This document shows, one piece after another, positions 1 through 11,798 of a stretch of 64,000 bases of DNA. How positions within the stretch are numbered: the stretch's first letter is position 1; each line of letters starts with the position of its first letter. The notes under the pieces were generated by a model, which saw nothing but the letters and a program-made list of their open reading frames with translations, made no database searches and was not told the origin of the DNA. Source of the stretch: Amphiscolops sp. MND2022 (lineage: Eukaryota); NCBI GenBank assembly GCA_964187785.1, contig OZ076409.1, forward strand, positions 49,602,001-49,666,000, written 5' to 3'. Position numbers and translations under genes: made by a program.

Positions 1-1408
1 GAAATTTGCAATCTCATTTGGTGTTCCCCCCACAACACGAAAGCACTTTTTGTTCTCTAATAAAACAATTTCACTAATAAGACAAAATTATCGATAATCA
101 ATAAAAACGGCACGAACGGAGCTAAATAGTCGCTCAGGCAGGTTGGATGTTGACTTAATCCTTGGGCTAAAATAAATAATTTTTTTGTATTTATTGAAAA
201 TTATGTATCAATAAACTATTTATTTTGCACCCCTGGGTACAGTTAGTTCTAAAATATCGCAACTCCTTTGCTTAAAATTTCTTAGAATTTTATCTAGTTT
301 ACAAAAATGTTTTGGAATTTAAAAAGAGTATTTCATTTCAAAAAAGAACTAATTCCGTTTCTATCTTATACAAAAATCTCCCAAAAGCTATTCAAGTGAA
401 AGTTTCTCAATTTTTCAATAAGAGTTGAGGCGTTGAGGCAACTAGCGTTGGTGGGACATAGACACCTTTTTACTAGGCTTTGGTGGGACATGCATTAGGT
501 GGGACATAAAAGGTTCGCCATATGAATGAGTTAAAGTAAACAAATAAGAATTAAAAGCCGAATGGTTAGAGCAATAGATTCGGAGTCTGATGAAGAAGCT
601 GAAAGTATCTATCGATGTCTTGAATTCTATTTCTGTAGCTTGTTAACCCTAACTGGACCAAGAAAATTCCGGATCCACCCAAAACTCTGGTGCTAAAATA
701 TTGAGGCCTTTTTGAAATGATCTAGAACAAAATATTTTTGCAGTTTTGCGGGAGGTATAATACTCGGTCACTTGGATTTGTACGTAAACTCTAATATGCT
801 ACGGCAACTTAATTCCAATTCGTTCAATCATATTTTGTATATCACTGTAGTTCAAATGTGATAGTATCACAAATATTTCTCAAGTTGAACAAAGCAGACT
901 TAGTGGGACATAGACCGCCTTTTTACAAAGCCTTGGTGGGATGGCCACTTCTTTTGAAAAAAAATATAGGGCCATTGCTTAAAGAGGTGAGCCTTCTCGA
1001 TTCCAGTATGAATTTTTTTATGTAAGAAAAAGACGCTTCTTGTAAAAAGTCGGCGCCAAAAAAGGCGCATAGTGCTGAAAAAACCCTAAGGGCGGACACT
1101 TTAGTCACCCCTCTACTTCTGGAAGCATAAGAAAACTTTGTGGTTTAGTGCCAGAGATCGACAAACCTTTGCAAAACCATGGGACCCGAATAATCGAGTA
1201 CGAAATGACAGCCATGATAATTCGAGCATTGTTTCGATCAATTTGTTTTGGATATTTCCGTCATTTTCTCCCAAAGCCATTGTCTATCAAATTGCAACTG
1301 TTAAATGAACGTAAAAACCTATAGGGTTGTCTTTACAGCTCTTTTGACATTAGCAGCAAACAAGGCTACTAAATTTATCGCTATGTACCAAACTTTATCA
1401 GTTGAAGA

Positions 1409-1834
1409 CAGGAATTGGAAAATATCAATTGCAATTTAATTGATATTCAAAAATGGCACAAAAAATTAATTGCACTTTTCGAAAAACTCCAATTCAATTG
1501 ATCAATTATTTGGCAATTAATTTCAACGAAAAACATTTAAAATTTCATTCATACTATCACAATCAAAAATGATGTTCGGAATAAGCTTTTTACGAAATTT
1601 GCAACAAATTAGCGCCTGGAATTACGTTAATATTTGCCAAGTATGCACTCAATTCATTTAGCTATGTTTGGCTATACAAATATGCCCGAGAAATAGGCTA
1701 AGAGAATTGCAATGTATTGGTTTTCATTGCCTACTTTCCAATCAATTCTTTGACGTCTTAAAATTACCCAATAAAAATATTTTCATTGAAAAATTGCAAT
1801 TTATTGTTCATCAATCAAAATTTTCCAATTCCTG
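1409..1834. mobile_element. hAT-like MITE
   Basis: TIRs CAGGAATTGGAAAA / TTTTCCAATTCCTG; 8-bp TSD GTTGAAGA / GTTAAAGA (1 mismatch); internal AATTG(C/A) motif repeats; no transposase ORF. Confidence 0.75.
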
Positions 1835-2981
1835 GTTAAAGATTCTTTTCAAATTCTTTTTACCTGGGGGGGTGGAATAAATGACATGGTCTTAAAGTTG
1901 TTCACTTGATAAAAATGATTACGTACCAAACAACATACAAGGTTACCGAAAAAATCATTTCAATGAAAATAACTGCAATCAAGCAATAACAATAATTTAT
2001 TTTTGAGATCATGGAATAAAAATCATTCGTTCTCGATTAGAAGCCACATTAAGCACATGGGCTCCCAAAAAGTAATTTCTCATCGAAATTATTTTAATTA
2101 ATTTTTTATTTTTTTGATTTTTCCATAAAAATTATTTATTTTTTGATATTAGAAATAAAATTTATTTTTTTTTCAGATCCATTATTGAAAAATTATTTTT
2201 GTGACCACCGCCATTTGAGTGCCGCCATTGTGTCTGTGACCGCGAAGAGGACGAATTAACGCGCGAAAGACTTTTCAGCCGATCAAAACTGACGCAGGGG
2301 TATCTGAGACAAAACATGACCCCCATGCATCTTGAAGGATCTGTTTTTCTATTTGTAAATAGATCATTCTGGGATGTGCAAACTGTCGAAAAAATATTTT
2401 TTGCTTTTTGCCATAATGGCCATTATTTATTTTTATTGCTGAGAAATCAAAATAATTCATTTTTCTGTACGAGAAATAAAATTTTTTTTTTTTGGAGTGC
2501 CATAATATGGCCATTATTTTTTCGGAGCCCCTGATTAAGCATGAAAAGTTTATCATAAAAGCCATATCTTACTGTATTTCTTCGAATATAAGCAGCGAAA
2601 TCACTGCAGAAAAAGGTAAAAGAAACTCGGTAATGATAATTTGGTTCGTTGTGATGGGAATTGAACTGATAAAGAAACGCCATGTGACTGAGCATGAAAA
2701 TTTCTTTCATTCATTCTCAACCTAGAGCTAGTTTGTAGCAAAGCTGGAGGATTGAACGACTGAAAAGAAACGCAATGTGATTGAGCATGTTTTTGTGATT
2801 AGCGTACGTGTAACGTGTCTGCCTTGTTTTATTTGTTTAATTTATTTACTTCTAATTTTGAACTGACGAGTTGCATCAAAGTCTAGCTGCTTCTAAAACT
2901 GAACACGCCTGATTTGGTGGAATAAGACACATGGTCCTAAAATTTAACATTTTAAGTTTTTGTTTCAATGTTATACCAAAA

Positions 2982-3122
2982 GGGGACATTGGCTCAGATA
3001 TCTACAGATAGACGACAGGAGATACCTACCTCATGAACTTAGATTTTATTGAACAATTCTGCCAGAGTGTTTAACTTTGGTGATCTGACAAGCGGAAGCT
3101 GTTGCACTGAGCCATATTCCCC
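2982..3122 (-). ncRNA. 5S-rRNA-related putative Pol III RNA gene, copy 1 (shortest, ~141 nt)
   Basis: Minus strand GGGGAATATGGCTCAG...CTTGTCAGATCACCAAAGTTAAACA...CTGAGCCAATGTCCCC then TTTT; complementary ends; homologous to 10016-10185 and 16072-16233. Confidence 0.45.
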
Positions 3123-3210
3123 TACATAAGGTAAACTAAATTCGATATTAATAGCTTAGCTCATACCATACTGTTATATTGATGATGTACAGTAGTGTTC
3201 TATGATGTAG

Positions 3211-3580
3211 TACAATAGCGTTCTAAAATATCGCAGCTCCAATGCTTAAAATTGCAAATTTCAAATCGAAATTTCTTGAAAATTGTCACAAATACGAAAA
3301 AGTGTCAGCTAGGAAAGTTTCTTAGAATTTTATCTAGTTTACGAAAAAGTTTGTTTGAAATTTTTGCGACAAAAATTACAAAAGTTAGAAAATGGAAATT
3401 TTGACAAAATTTAATCAAATTTGTACTTTTTCTGTACAAAGTTTGTATACAAAATTAAAAATATATTTTTGCAAAATTTTCAGTCAATCATTTGCAGATT
3501 CAGATCACTTTTTCTCGCAGACCTTTCAAACAAACATTTTTGTAAACTAGATAAAACTCTAACAAACTTTCCTAGCTGGC
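3211..3580. mobile_element. Tc1/mariner-like MITE fragment (family also at ~239, 5738, 8311-8635, 8965, 19128)
   Basis: Recurrent terminus TA|CA(G/A)TAG(C/T)GTTCTAAAATATCGCAACTCC; long arms found in both orientations (e.g. 3221-3430 vs 8440-8632). Confidence 0.55.
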
Positions 3581-3588
3581 AAAATTTC

Positions 3589-4020
3589 GGTGCCGTTGTA
3601 AGTTCGCCAGATTTAAGTTCGCCACGTATAAGTTAGCCCCTACAATTTAGCCACATTTAAGTTAGCCACCATATAAGATCGCCACGTTTGTTTTCGCCAC
3701 ATTTCAGCTAATGAAAGAATTCCATATCAGCGAATATTTTCATTTGGTTATGATTAGTGGCGATTAGCATACTTGTTGTATGGCTCGGTCGCTTCGCTCC
3801 CTTCGCCAAGTAGCAACATTGAGGCATAGCCATTTGGCACGTCGCTCCGCTTCGCTTCGCTTCGCTCCTGCATTTAGGGCACTAGGGGTATGTGAACATA
3901 TCTGACTACGTTATCCTAATTTTGAATGATCGAATTTGATTGGCCGAAAATGTGAGGCGAACATATAAGGTGGCTAAATTAAATATGGCTAAGATTTACG
4001 GGCTAACTTATATTCAACAC
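3589..4020. mobile_element. Foldback/MULE-like non-autonomous element with AAGTT(C/A)GCC subterminal arrays and a GCTTCGC core
   Basis: Tandem TAAGTT(C/A)GCC motifs on the left and inverted GGCTAA/GGCGAA motifs on the right; central core (3771-3910) shared with 41524-41662 and 47223-47345; no TSD recognised. Confidence 0.5.
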
Positions 4021-5031
4021 AAACCACAAATAACTAAACAGAAAAGTAAAATCTTCACATGAACAAAAATTTTCCGAATAGTAATTTTTGGACTTTGTTT
4101 ACCCTGGAAGTCAGTTTTGTTTTTATGTTTATATTTATTTGAATCAAATTTCATTTTCCAAATGCTAATTGGGACTAATTTCAATCTGATTTGATTCGAG
4201 ATTAATAGTTCGAAAAATTCTTTTCGTAACAATTCTCAATTTTTGTCGCAGAGAATTTTTAAAACACTAATAAAAACTAGATGAAAGTCTAAGAAACTTT
4301 CACTTATGATGTAATTCAAAATTTCGAAAAATCAGAACCTAAAGTCGCTTGTGGGACGATTTCTTAATCACAATACTGTACATGTATTGGCAAATCATCA
4401 GCTTATCGGACAGAATACGAATCTATTTTCTATCACATTCCGCTTCTTTTTGAAACTATCTTTCCTCAACTACACTGCGTTTCTTTTCTATTGAACTTAT
4501 ACTTTCTTTTATTGTTCTTGATTTAGGGGGGGGGCTTATATGACGAACATACCGTAGATCAACATTTTCCCTTTCACAATTGGCGAGGGGGGCTTATTTG
4601 CCGGGATATACGGTATGATCTAAAAGAAACGCAAGGTGATTGATATCGAATGCAAACTTTTGGGATAACAAAAATGTTGCGTCTCTGTGCCAATATTTTT
4701 ATTTTGTGAAAATTAGATTAACTTCGTCATTAAAAAAATTTCTTTGAGGTGAAAATGTGATAGAGAATTGATTTGTATTGTTTCACTAGAAGTTCTAGTG
4801 AAACAATACAAATCAAATCTATCACATTGCGTTTCTTTTAGATCATACGTCTAGTGAAACAATACAATACACTTCTAATCTCAATCATATTGCGTTTCTC
4901 TCTCTACGTTAACTCAAACAAGATCCCACCTTTTATGTCCCACCAAATGCCCGTCCCACCAAGGCATAATAAAAAGGGTCTATGTCCCACTAAATCTGGT
5001 TTCCTCAACACAATCCACTAAATATATACAA

Positions 5032-5139
5032 CAGTGTTGGCATGTTTTAAAACAGACTGTTTTGAAACAGTTTTGAAACACTGTTTTAAAACGTTTGAAG
5101 CGTATAAAAATACTTTTAAACGTTTTTTATCCAACCCTG
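5032..5139. mobile_element. Mini hAT-like MITE
   Basis: Ends CAGTGTTGG / CCAACCCTG; 8-bp TSD ATATACAA / ATTTACAA. Confidence 0.6.
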
Positions 5140-6274
5140 ATTTACAATCATGTAATAGTCCCTTTTATGTCAAATAACTTGACCAATAAGGGACCTTTAT
5201 ATGAATGAGTTTTCTTGTTTGGGGAAAAATTTTCTTCAAAGAAATCAAGTTCCATACATATTGGCTGTAACAGCACTAAAAGTTGGTAGTTTGAATTCTG
5301 CTGTATGAGACTCAGGTATGAAAGTGTATGAGTAGGTTGTACTTCCAAAAAACCTGGTTGGAGTAATCATACTACGCGAGGAAGTGGAAAGGAACATTGC
5401 TCTCAACACCGCTGCATTATTTCCACTGTGGAGGCGATTGAAACATCAACAATCACAGTGGTATCTATTCCATGAACCATGTCGGTTGCTCCTACCGTGG
5501 TTCGAACCACCATTTCACTATGCAGCTAGTGTGAGAGCAATCTTTCGCGCAACCGACTACTCCAACAAGACCTTGAATTGTCTGCTCGTGTTGCAGCTCA
5601 TATAGCAATTTTATTGCGAAATAATAAAGATATAAGAACGCTGCAGCCAACAGCATTTTGTGGTAGTTCTAATCAGGGGTGCGCAATTTTGCGTTTATAT
5701 TCTTCATATTGCATTGTTTCTTTTAGATCATATTTCCACAGTAGCGTTCTAACGTTCTAAAATATCGCAACTTTAATGCTTATAATGTCAAAAGTCAAAC
5801 CCAAATATCTGGTAAACTGTCACGAAAATTAAGTAACGTAGAATCAAAGTTTTTAGACTTTTTTTCATCCGGACACTCGCTATATTTTACCCAACCTACT
5901 GATGTTTTCATCGAGAATTTGTTTCGAAATACGATATATTTTGTGTCTATGAGCACTGAAGTACATGTATTAAGATAGGGTATAAGAATTGTTTTTAGAA
6001 AGCTGACAATTATAATTTGAAATCGAAAAAGCTTTTCAATCCAACTATATCAGCATCCTGACGATACTTGGCGGCAATTCATCCACAAAAAATTTGCAAA
6101 TTTTTTTTCGCAGAAAATTCAGATTTTTTGTATTTGTGGCAATTTTCAAGAAATTAGCCTTTCATTTTTAACAACCGTGACTTACATTTATATAGATCAT
6201 AATTCTAGTGAAACAATAAACTCGGACCATGTCATCTCTCCCCCCCCATGTACACCTTGGTACGAATTTCCCAC

Positions 6275-6950
6275 CCAACACGAAAGCACATTTTCTTCTG
6301 GAATAAAAATATTTCACTGATAAGAGAATATTATACTTTTACTTAAAGGATTGTCTCTACAACTGTTTGGACACTTCAGGTAAAAAATCCATAATTTTTT
6401 GATATTATTGTCCAAAATAGCATAAATTCACGCTTGGAACAAGATACATTAATTGAAATTTAGTTCTCTTTGTTTATTTGCTCTTTGCAAATCCACCTTT
6501 ATTTGGACAATTAGAAAATAATTCAGCAGATAATTTGAAATAAAAATACAAACAGTGCTGTGGAAATTTGAAAGATTTTAATCAAAAAACTAACTAACCA
6601 ACAGAAAACGATTTAGGTCACCTGTAGGTTAGGCTTTGTATGACATATTAAGAAAGAGAGCTGGAGAAACAAGATAAAAGTGATTCCAGATATCCTCGAA
6701 ACTCTTCAAAGTAATTTGTACTGATACTTGGACTTAGAACGGCTTGAAAATCAGAGGAATTATGCGGGAGAACAAAAATTATAACAAATGCCGGAAATAA
6801 GTTCATCAAAACTGAATTTTAACTCAATTCAGTATTATAGCCGCAACGTGCTAATTAAAGAAGTCACTGTGGCAACTAAGGTCATTGACAGTTCGGGGAA
6901 GGTGCGAATTTGTTTAAGCAAAAGTTGTGACGTTATGCTCGGCTGCTATC
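6275..6950 (+). repeat. Segmental duplication, homologous to ~17265-18058
   Basis: Long near-identical stretches (CCAACACGAAAGCACATTTT... to ...TATGCTCGGCTGCTAT) with indels; 7110-7330 likewise matches 18380-18605. Confidence 0.85.
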
Positions 6951-7206
6951 ACACGGCCATCGCACGTTAAACACTACTGTAGGAAAGGCAATGGGATGAC
7001 TCATCATTGATGAGCATGCTATTGAGCCTGCTGCTAGCAAGCAACTTCACAACTCTGAAAAACAAGCGCCGTGTGATGGGCCTGTGAAGTTCAGTTGCAG
7101 TTGGAGATAAGTTTCACGTGAATGAGAACATCTTTTGTCGGGCACAAATAACAGCTGAGATTACAAATCTCAACGGTTATTTTTGCCCAGTATAATTTAG
7201 TTTTAA

Positions 7207-7284
7207 GGAGGCTCTCAGTTAGGGGATCACATAGTGTCGCCCATAACAAGACCCACGGCGAGAACGTGGCCTCTGAAGGGTCTC
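7207..7284 (-). ncRNA. HDV-like self-cleaving ribozyme, copy 1 (intact fold)
   Basis: Minus strand GAGACCC-UUC-AGAGGCC-ACG-UUCUCGC-CGU-GGGUCUU-GU-P4 hairpin-A-CUGA-G(A)GCCUC: 7-bp P1 with G1-U wobble, P2, 3-bp P3, 7-nt L3, single P1.1 pair, catalytic C in CUGA. Confidence 0.75.
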
Positions 7285-8093
7285 AAAAATCTAAGTTTAC
7301 AAATTCTAGTACAAAAATATGCTAACTACCAGAGCTTCCGAAATTTTATTTGGGATCAAATAATTCAAATAATTTGAACCAAAATCAGTTATTTGAATAA
7401 TAGAAACTTGCAAGCTTTTGATCATTTAATTGGCAATAGTTGAAGCATTATTTTCGGTAATAATATTCTTAAGACTTTCATCCCAAGATAGTCTATTCAT
7501 CTTCAAAAATTTCAAGGGTTCATTGGAAAAATACTTATCTGAAACCGTATAAGGCCTAATCCGCGGTAGTAAAGAACCTTTCCATATAATTAGAGTTCGG
7601 CACTATGAAATCAATATCAAACTAATCAGACATGTTTTGTGTTTTCCATTTTTTCATTAATAATTTCTAGTGTGCGTCACATTTCAATGCATCATTCCAG
7701 GCAAAAAAATCACAATTACTTGTTAAACAAGCGGAAGCCCTAATAACTACACTTTTACAAAATTTTAATTGTACAAAATACCTTTTAACGGGTATTTACC
7801 TAGAAACTCGAAACTAATAAACATTGTGCACGGACATACAAAGGTTTTGCGACGGCGTTCTTCATTTACAGTGGGGGAAATTTTGTATTAGAGGGCAGGA
7901 ATGTTCAAAATGAGAAAGGTACTAATAACTGATCTTGATTTTCAGTTACTAGTATAATTACTAGTGCCCTAAATGCAGGAGCGGAGCGAGGTGCCATATG
8001 GTCATGCCTCAATGTTCACGGCCCCTAGAAAGTTGCGGAATTGAAATTAAACAAATCGTGAGAACATTTGCGTTAAAAAGTCTTGAACTACTT

Positions 8094-8311
8094 CGATGAA
8101 AGAGCAACGCGATGTGATTTCGAGTACTTCGATGAAATAGCAACGCGATGTGATTTTGAGTAATTTCATCTGAAATAGCAACGCGATGTGATTTCGAGCA
8201 CTTCGATGAAATAGCAACGCGATGTGATTTCGAGTAACTTCGGTGAAATAGCAACGCGATGTGATTTTCGAGTACCTTCTTTGAAATAGCATCGCGATGT
8301 GGTTTTCGAGT
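8094..8311 (+). repeat. Tandem array of ~36-bp units (GAAATAGCAACGCGATGTGATTTCGAG plus ~10 variable nt), 6 copies
   Basis: Directly visible; a second array at 18948-19127; single units at ~8640 and ~19520. Confidence 0.9.
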
Positions 8312-10015
8312 ACAATTCTAAAATATCGCAACCTCATAGCATAAAATGGCAAAATTCAAAACCAAATATCAGGAGATTTGGTGGCAATTGATTGACTGAA
8401 ATTTTTTCAAAAATATATTTTCAATTTTGTGAAGATCCGGAAAAAGTACAAACTTGAATGAATTTTGTCAAAATTTCAAATTACTAATTCTTGAAATTTT
8501 TGTTGCAGAAAATTCAAACAAACATTTTTGTAAACTAGATAAAATTTTAAGAAACTTTCCTAGCTGACACGTTTTCGTATCTGTGACAGTTTTCAAGAAA
8601 TTTCGATTTGAAATTTGCAATTTTAAGCATTTGAGTTTTAATGAAAAAGCAACGCGGTGTGATCAGGGTTACCGAAAATGTTATTTTGATAATATTTTAG
8701 CCAAAAATACAGTTATTTTATTTCTATTCTCAAAAATAAATAATTGCAAAACTTTTGTGTTGAATAAATGATGAATGTGAGTGAAACTGATTAAGTTTAA
8801 TTGGAGAAGAATTCTGAGAAATCTGAGAAGTCTCAAGTGTCAACGAAGTTGAAATTTTGTAAATCCGTTACGAACCATGCCGAGACTGAACGGAATTTTC
8901 ACCGAGTGTCAGGACTGCTGTGACGTCATAATTAATATGATAGTAGCGTTCAGTAAATGTAGCTTTCTAAAATATCGCAACTCCACTGCTTAAAATTGCA
9001 AATTTCAAATCCAAATTTGTTGGAAACTGTCACAAATACGAAAAATTGTCAGCTATGGAAGTTTTTAAGAATTTGATCTAGTTCACAAAAATGTTTAATG
9101 GAAATTTCTACGACCCTTTTTGAAAAAGTTAAAAATACAAAATACTTTACCGTATATTCCGGCAGGGGTATTCAAAAAATAATTTCGGGGAAATTTATCG
9201 CGATAAATAAAACAGAAGAAAGTTCAACTCAAAACAGAAAGTCGTTGAATTTCTTGTGACTGCACAAAATAGTGTCAACAAATTTGTATCTTAATTCTAA
9301 ACTGTCACCATGGAAATAAAGATAGAATTAAAGGTTTATGGTTTATAATTTATGTTTTGTGATATTTTTTACTAATTTCTCAAAAACAATCGGCGGTGGG
9401 GGGGATGGTTTTAACAGCAAAGAGCCAAAATGTGGGATGTTGATTAGATTTCTTTATAATATTGAGTTTTGAAACTTGAATCTTTTTCGTGGCAAGTATT
9501 TACGTGACAGAATATGGAAATTGATAATTCACATAATTTCCACAATATTTGGGTTTTAATGTAATTATTGCAATTTATTATGGCTGATGTTATAGAGGCA
9601 GTCTTACATTCGCCATACCGTATTAGGAAAACCTGACGTGTAGGTAAACTTATTTCATAATTAAACAGTTTTTTTCACACTCTAAAAAATAAATTGGACC
9701 ACTGATTGTGAAAATGATTTGGACTGAACAAAAGGTACCGATATCTCCGCAACTATTTTCTGCTAAAAACTATTCAAGTGAAAGTTTCTCAATTTTTCAA
9801 TACGAGTTGAGGCGTTGAGGCAACTAGCGTTGGTGGGACATAGACACCTTTTTACTAGGCCTTGGTGGGACGGGCATTAGGTGGGACATACAGATTTTGG
9901 CAACCGAATTGGATTTTTGTACACATCATCAGCCAATATAAACTTTTACATCATATTTTAAAAAAGTGTATTTAATTTCAAAAGTTGAATTTTTCGTTTC
10001 AATCTTTCACAAAAT

Positions 10016-10185
10016 GGGGACAGGTGCTCAGATATCTAATGATAGGCCACAACAGATACCTACCTCATGAACCTTGACTTTATGGAGCAAGTAGACTATT
10101 CTGTCACGATGGAGCCTCAAGTTGTCAGAGTGTTTAGGCTCGGTGATCTAAGAAGCGGATTCTGAAGCTCTGAGCCATAGTCACC
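10016..10185 (-). ncRNA. 5S-rRNA-related putative Pol III RNA gene, copy 2 (~170 nt)
   Basis: Minus strand GGTGACTATGGCTCAGAG...TTAGATCACCGAGCCTAAACACTCTGA...CTGAGCACCTGTCCCC-ATTTT; TATATA ~25-30 nt upstream; upstream block shared with copy 3. Confidence 0.5.
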
Positions 10186-11798
10186 TATATACGGTAAACT
10201 AACTTGAGTATATACAGTATACGCAAAACATGTAAATACTCCATGCCGTGTTCATTCACATTCTTTCAGCTCTTATTCCTAGTGAACCAAAACCAATCTA
10301 ATTCCAATCACATTGCGTTTCTTTTAGATGGTGGATTCCCAAATAACATAAGAGTAAATATTTTTCAAACAACAAAAATGGAAAAGTATGAAAATTACAG
10401 AGAAAAACTCTTAAGTTCAAAAGTTTAATCGGGTATTCAGCTATATTTTTGTTATATGAAATTAACTTTCCTCTTTATGTTTTTTATGCGACTAATCTAT
10501 TATTATTAATATTATTGAGTAATTCGGTGATGTCCGTTTTTATTCTTAATTTGAATGGAATATAAAATATTGATTTTATTTAAAATAACCATATCTACAA
10601 CAATATAAATTATTGGGAACCTCCAAACCAAGAGCCTCTTTAAAACTTAATTACAACAAGTTTTTTTGGAAAGCAACAATCATAGGGCTCTAGGCTCAGC
10701 GTGGCTTAGCTGAAGTGGCCGATTTGAACGTAACGGTTGCTTAAAAGTTGCTTAAATGTGGTGGAAGAAGCGGGCCTATACCCAGGTTCGATGAAGAATT
10801 CAGTGACACTTTGTCATCCAGACGTAGGGCGAAAAATCAAAGCTTTGTACGAGAATGGGTGACATATTGGAGTAGTAATGTACTGCAGTATTACCCTTGG
10901 AGAGTTCAAAATAGACTATCAAGATGTGCCAGGGTTGATCAAATTATGATTTTTATTTATTTTAAACAGACAAATAGGATTTAAAATATCTTAATCCGGA
11001 TTCGTGATTTAAACCATCTTCCCGACTTTAAAAAAATCTGTGGTGGACCCCAGACGTCTTACCCCCCCCCCACTTAGAGCTGCGGTGGAACAAAATGGAC
11101 GATTTGGCCCAGAGTTATCCAAAAAATGTTCAAAATTAAATTCAATTTAAATCAAATTTATTTAAAAGGTGTTTTTAAGAACTGTTTAGAACTTTAAAAC
11201 AGAAGATAAGCTCTCAGGTGATATCGCTGCTTGCTGTGAATCAAACAATACCAATCAGCTTGGTAATTAGCGCTGGTTTGAACGGTGTGGTTTAACACCA
11301 TTTTGATTTAAAACCTAAAATTTTCATTTAAATTTTCTTTCAAAATACGTATTTTCCTTGTGATTCTTTATTCACTGTATTTCGAAACTTAAATTGAGAG
11401 CAGTTTTGGCATATCATCTTTTATTTCAAAACTGGGTGGTAATTTACTTGATTCTCTAATATCACTAACTTAGAAAATTGTTATTACTGACTTAGTTTAT
11501 TTAAAAGTAAGGTTAATTGGTCAAGTGCAAGACGTTATTTCAATTATTTAATTAGTTGGTTACTTGAGTGAAAGGACAAAACAAACTTCTGAAAACAAAG
11601 CAAGTTACGAGTAAAAGACAGAGTAAAGTAACGATGTGTTTTGTCAATGATCTGGCTCCATTGATCATTCAATCTCCAAACACTAAAACGATCGCTTCCT
11701 TCAAAACACTGACAATCAGACTTTCAAAACGCAATACACTATCAAAAATATACCTGAACATCAGAATACCTTAACGCAATACCATACGAAGTCTCAGA

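Noticed and set aside
575..625. Possible hammerhead ribozyme (CTGATGA...GAAA)
   Set aside because: No credible stem II, and no stem III pairing ending in a proper NUH site.
8094..8311. CRISPR-like repeat-spacer appearance of the 36-bp arrays (also 18948-19127)
   Set aside because: The variable parts are only ~10 nt and related to each other; there are no cas genes and the context is eukaryotic. The NHIALLFH ORFs are repeat translations.
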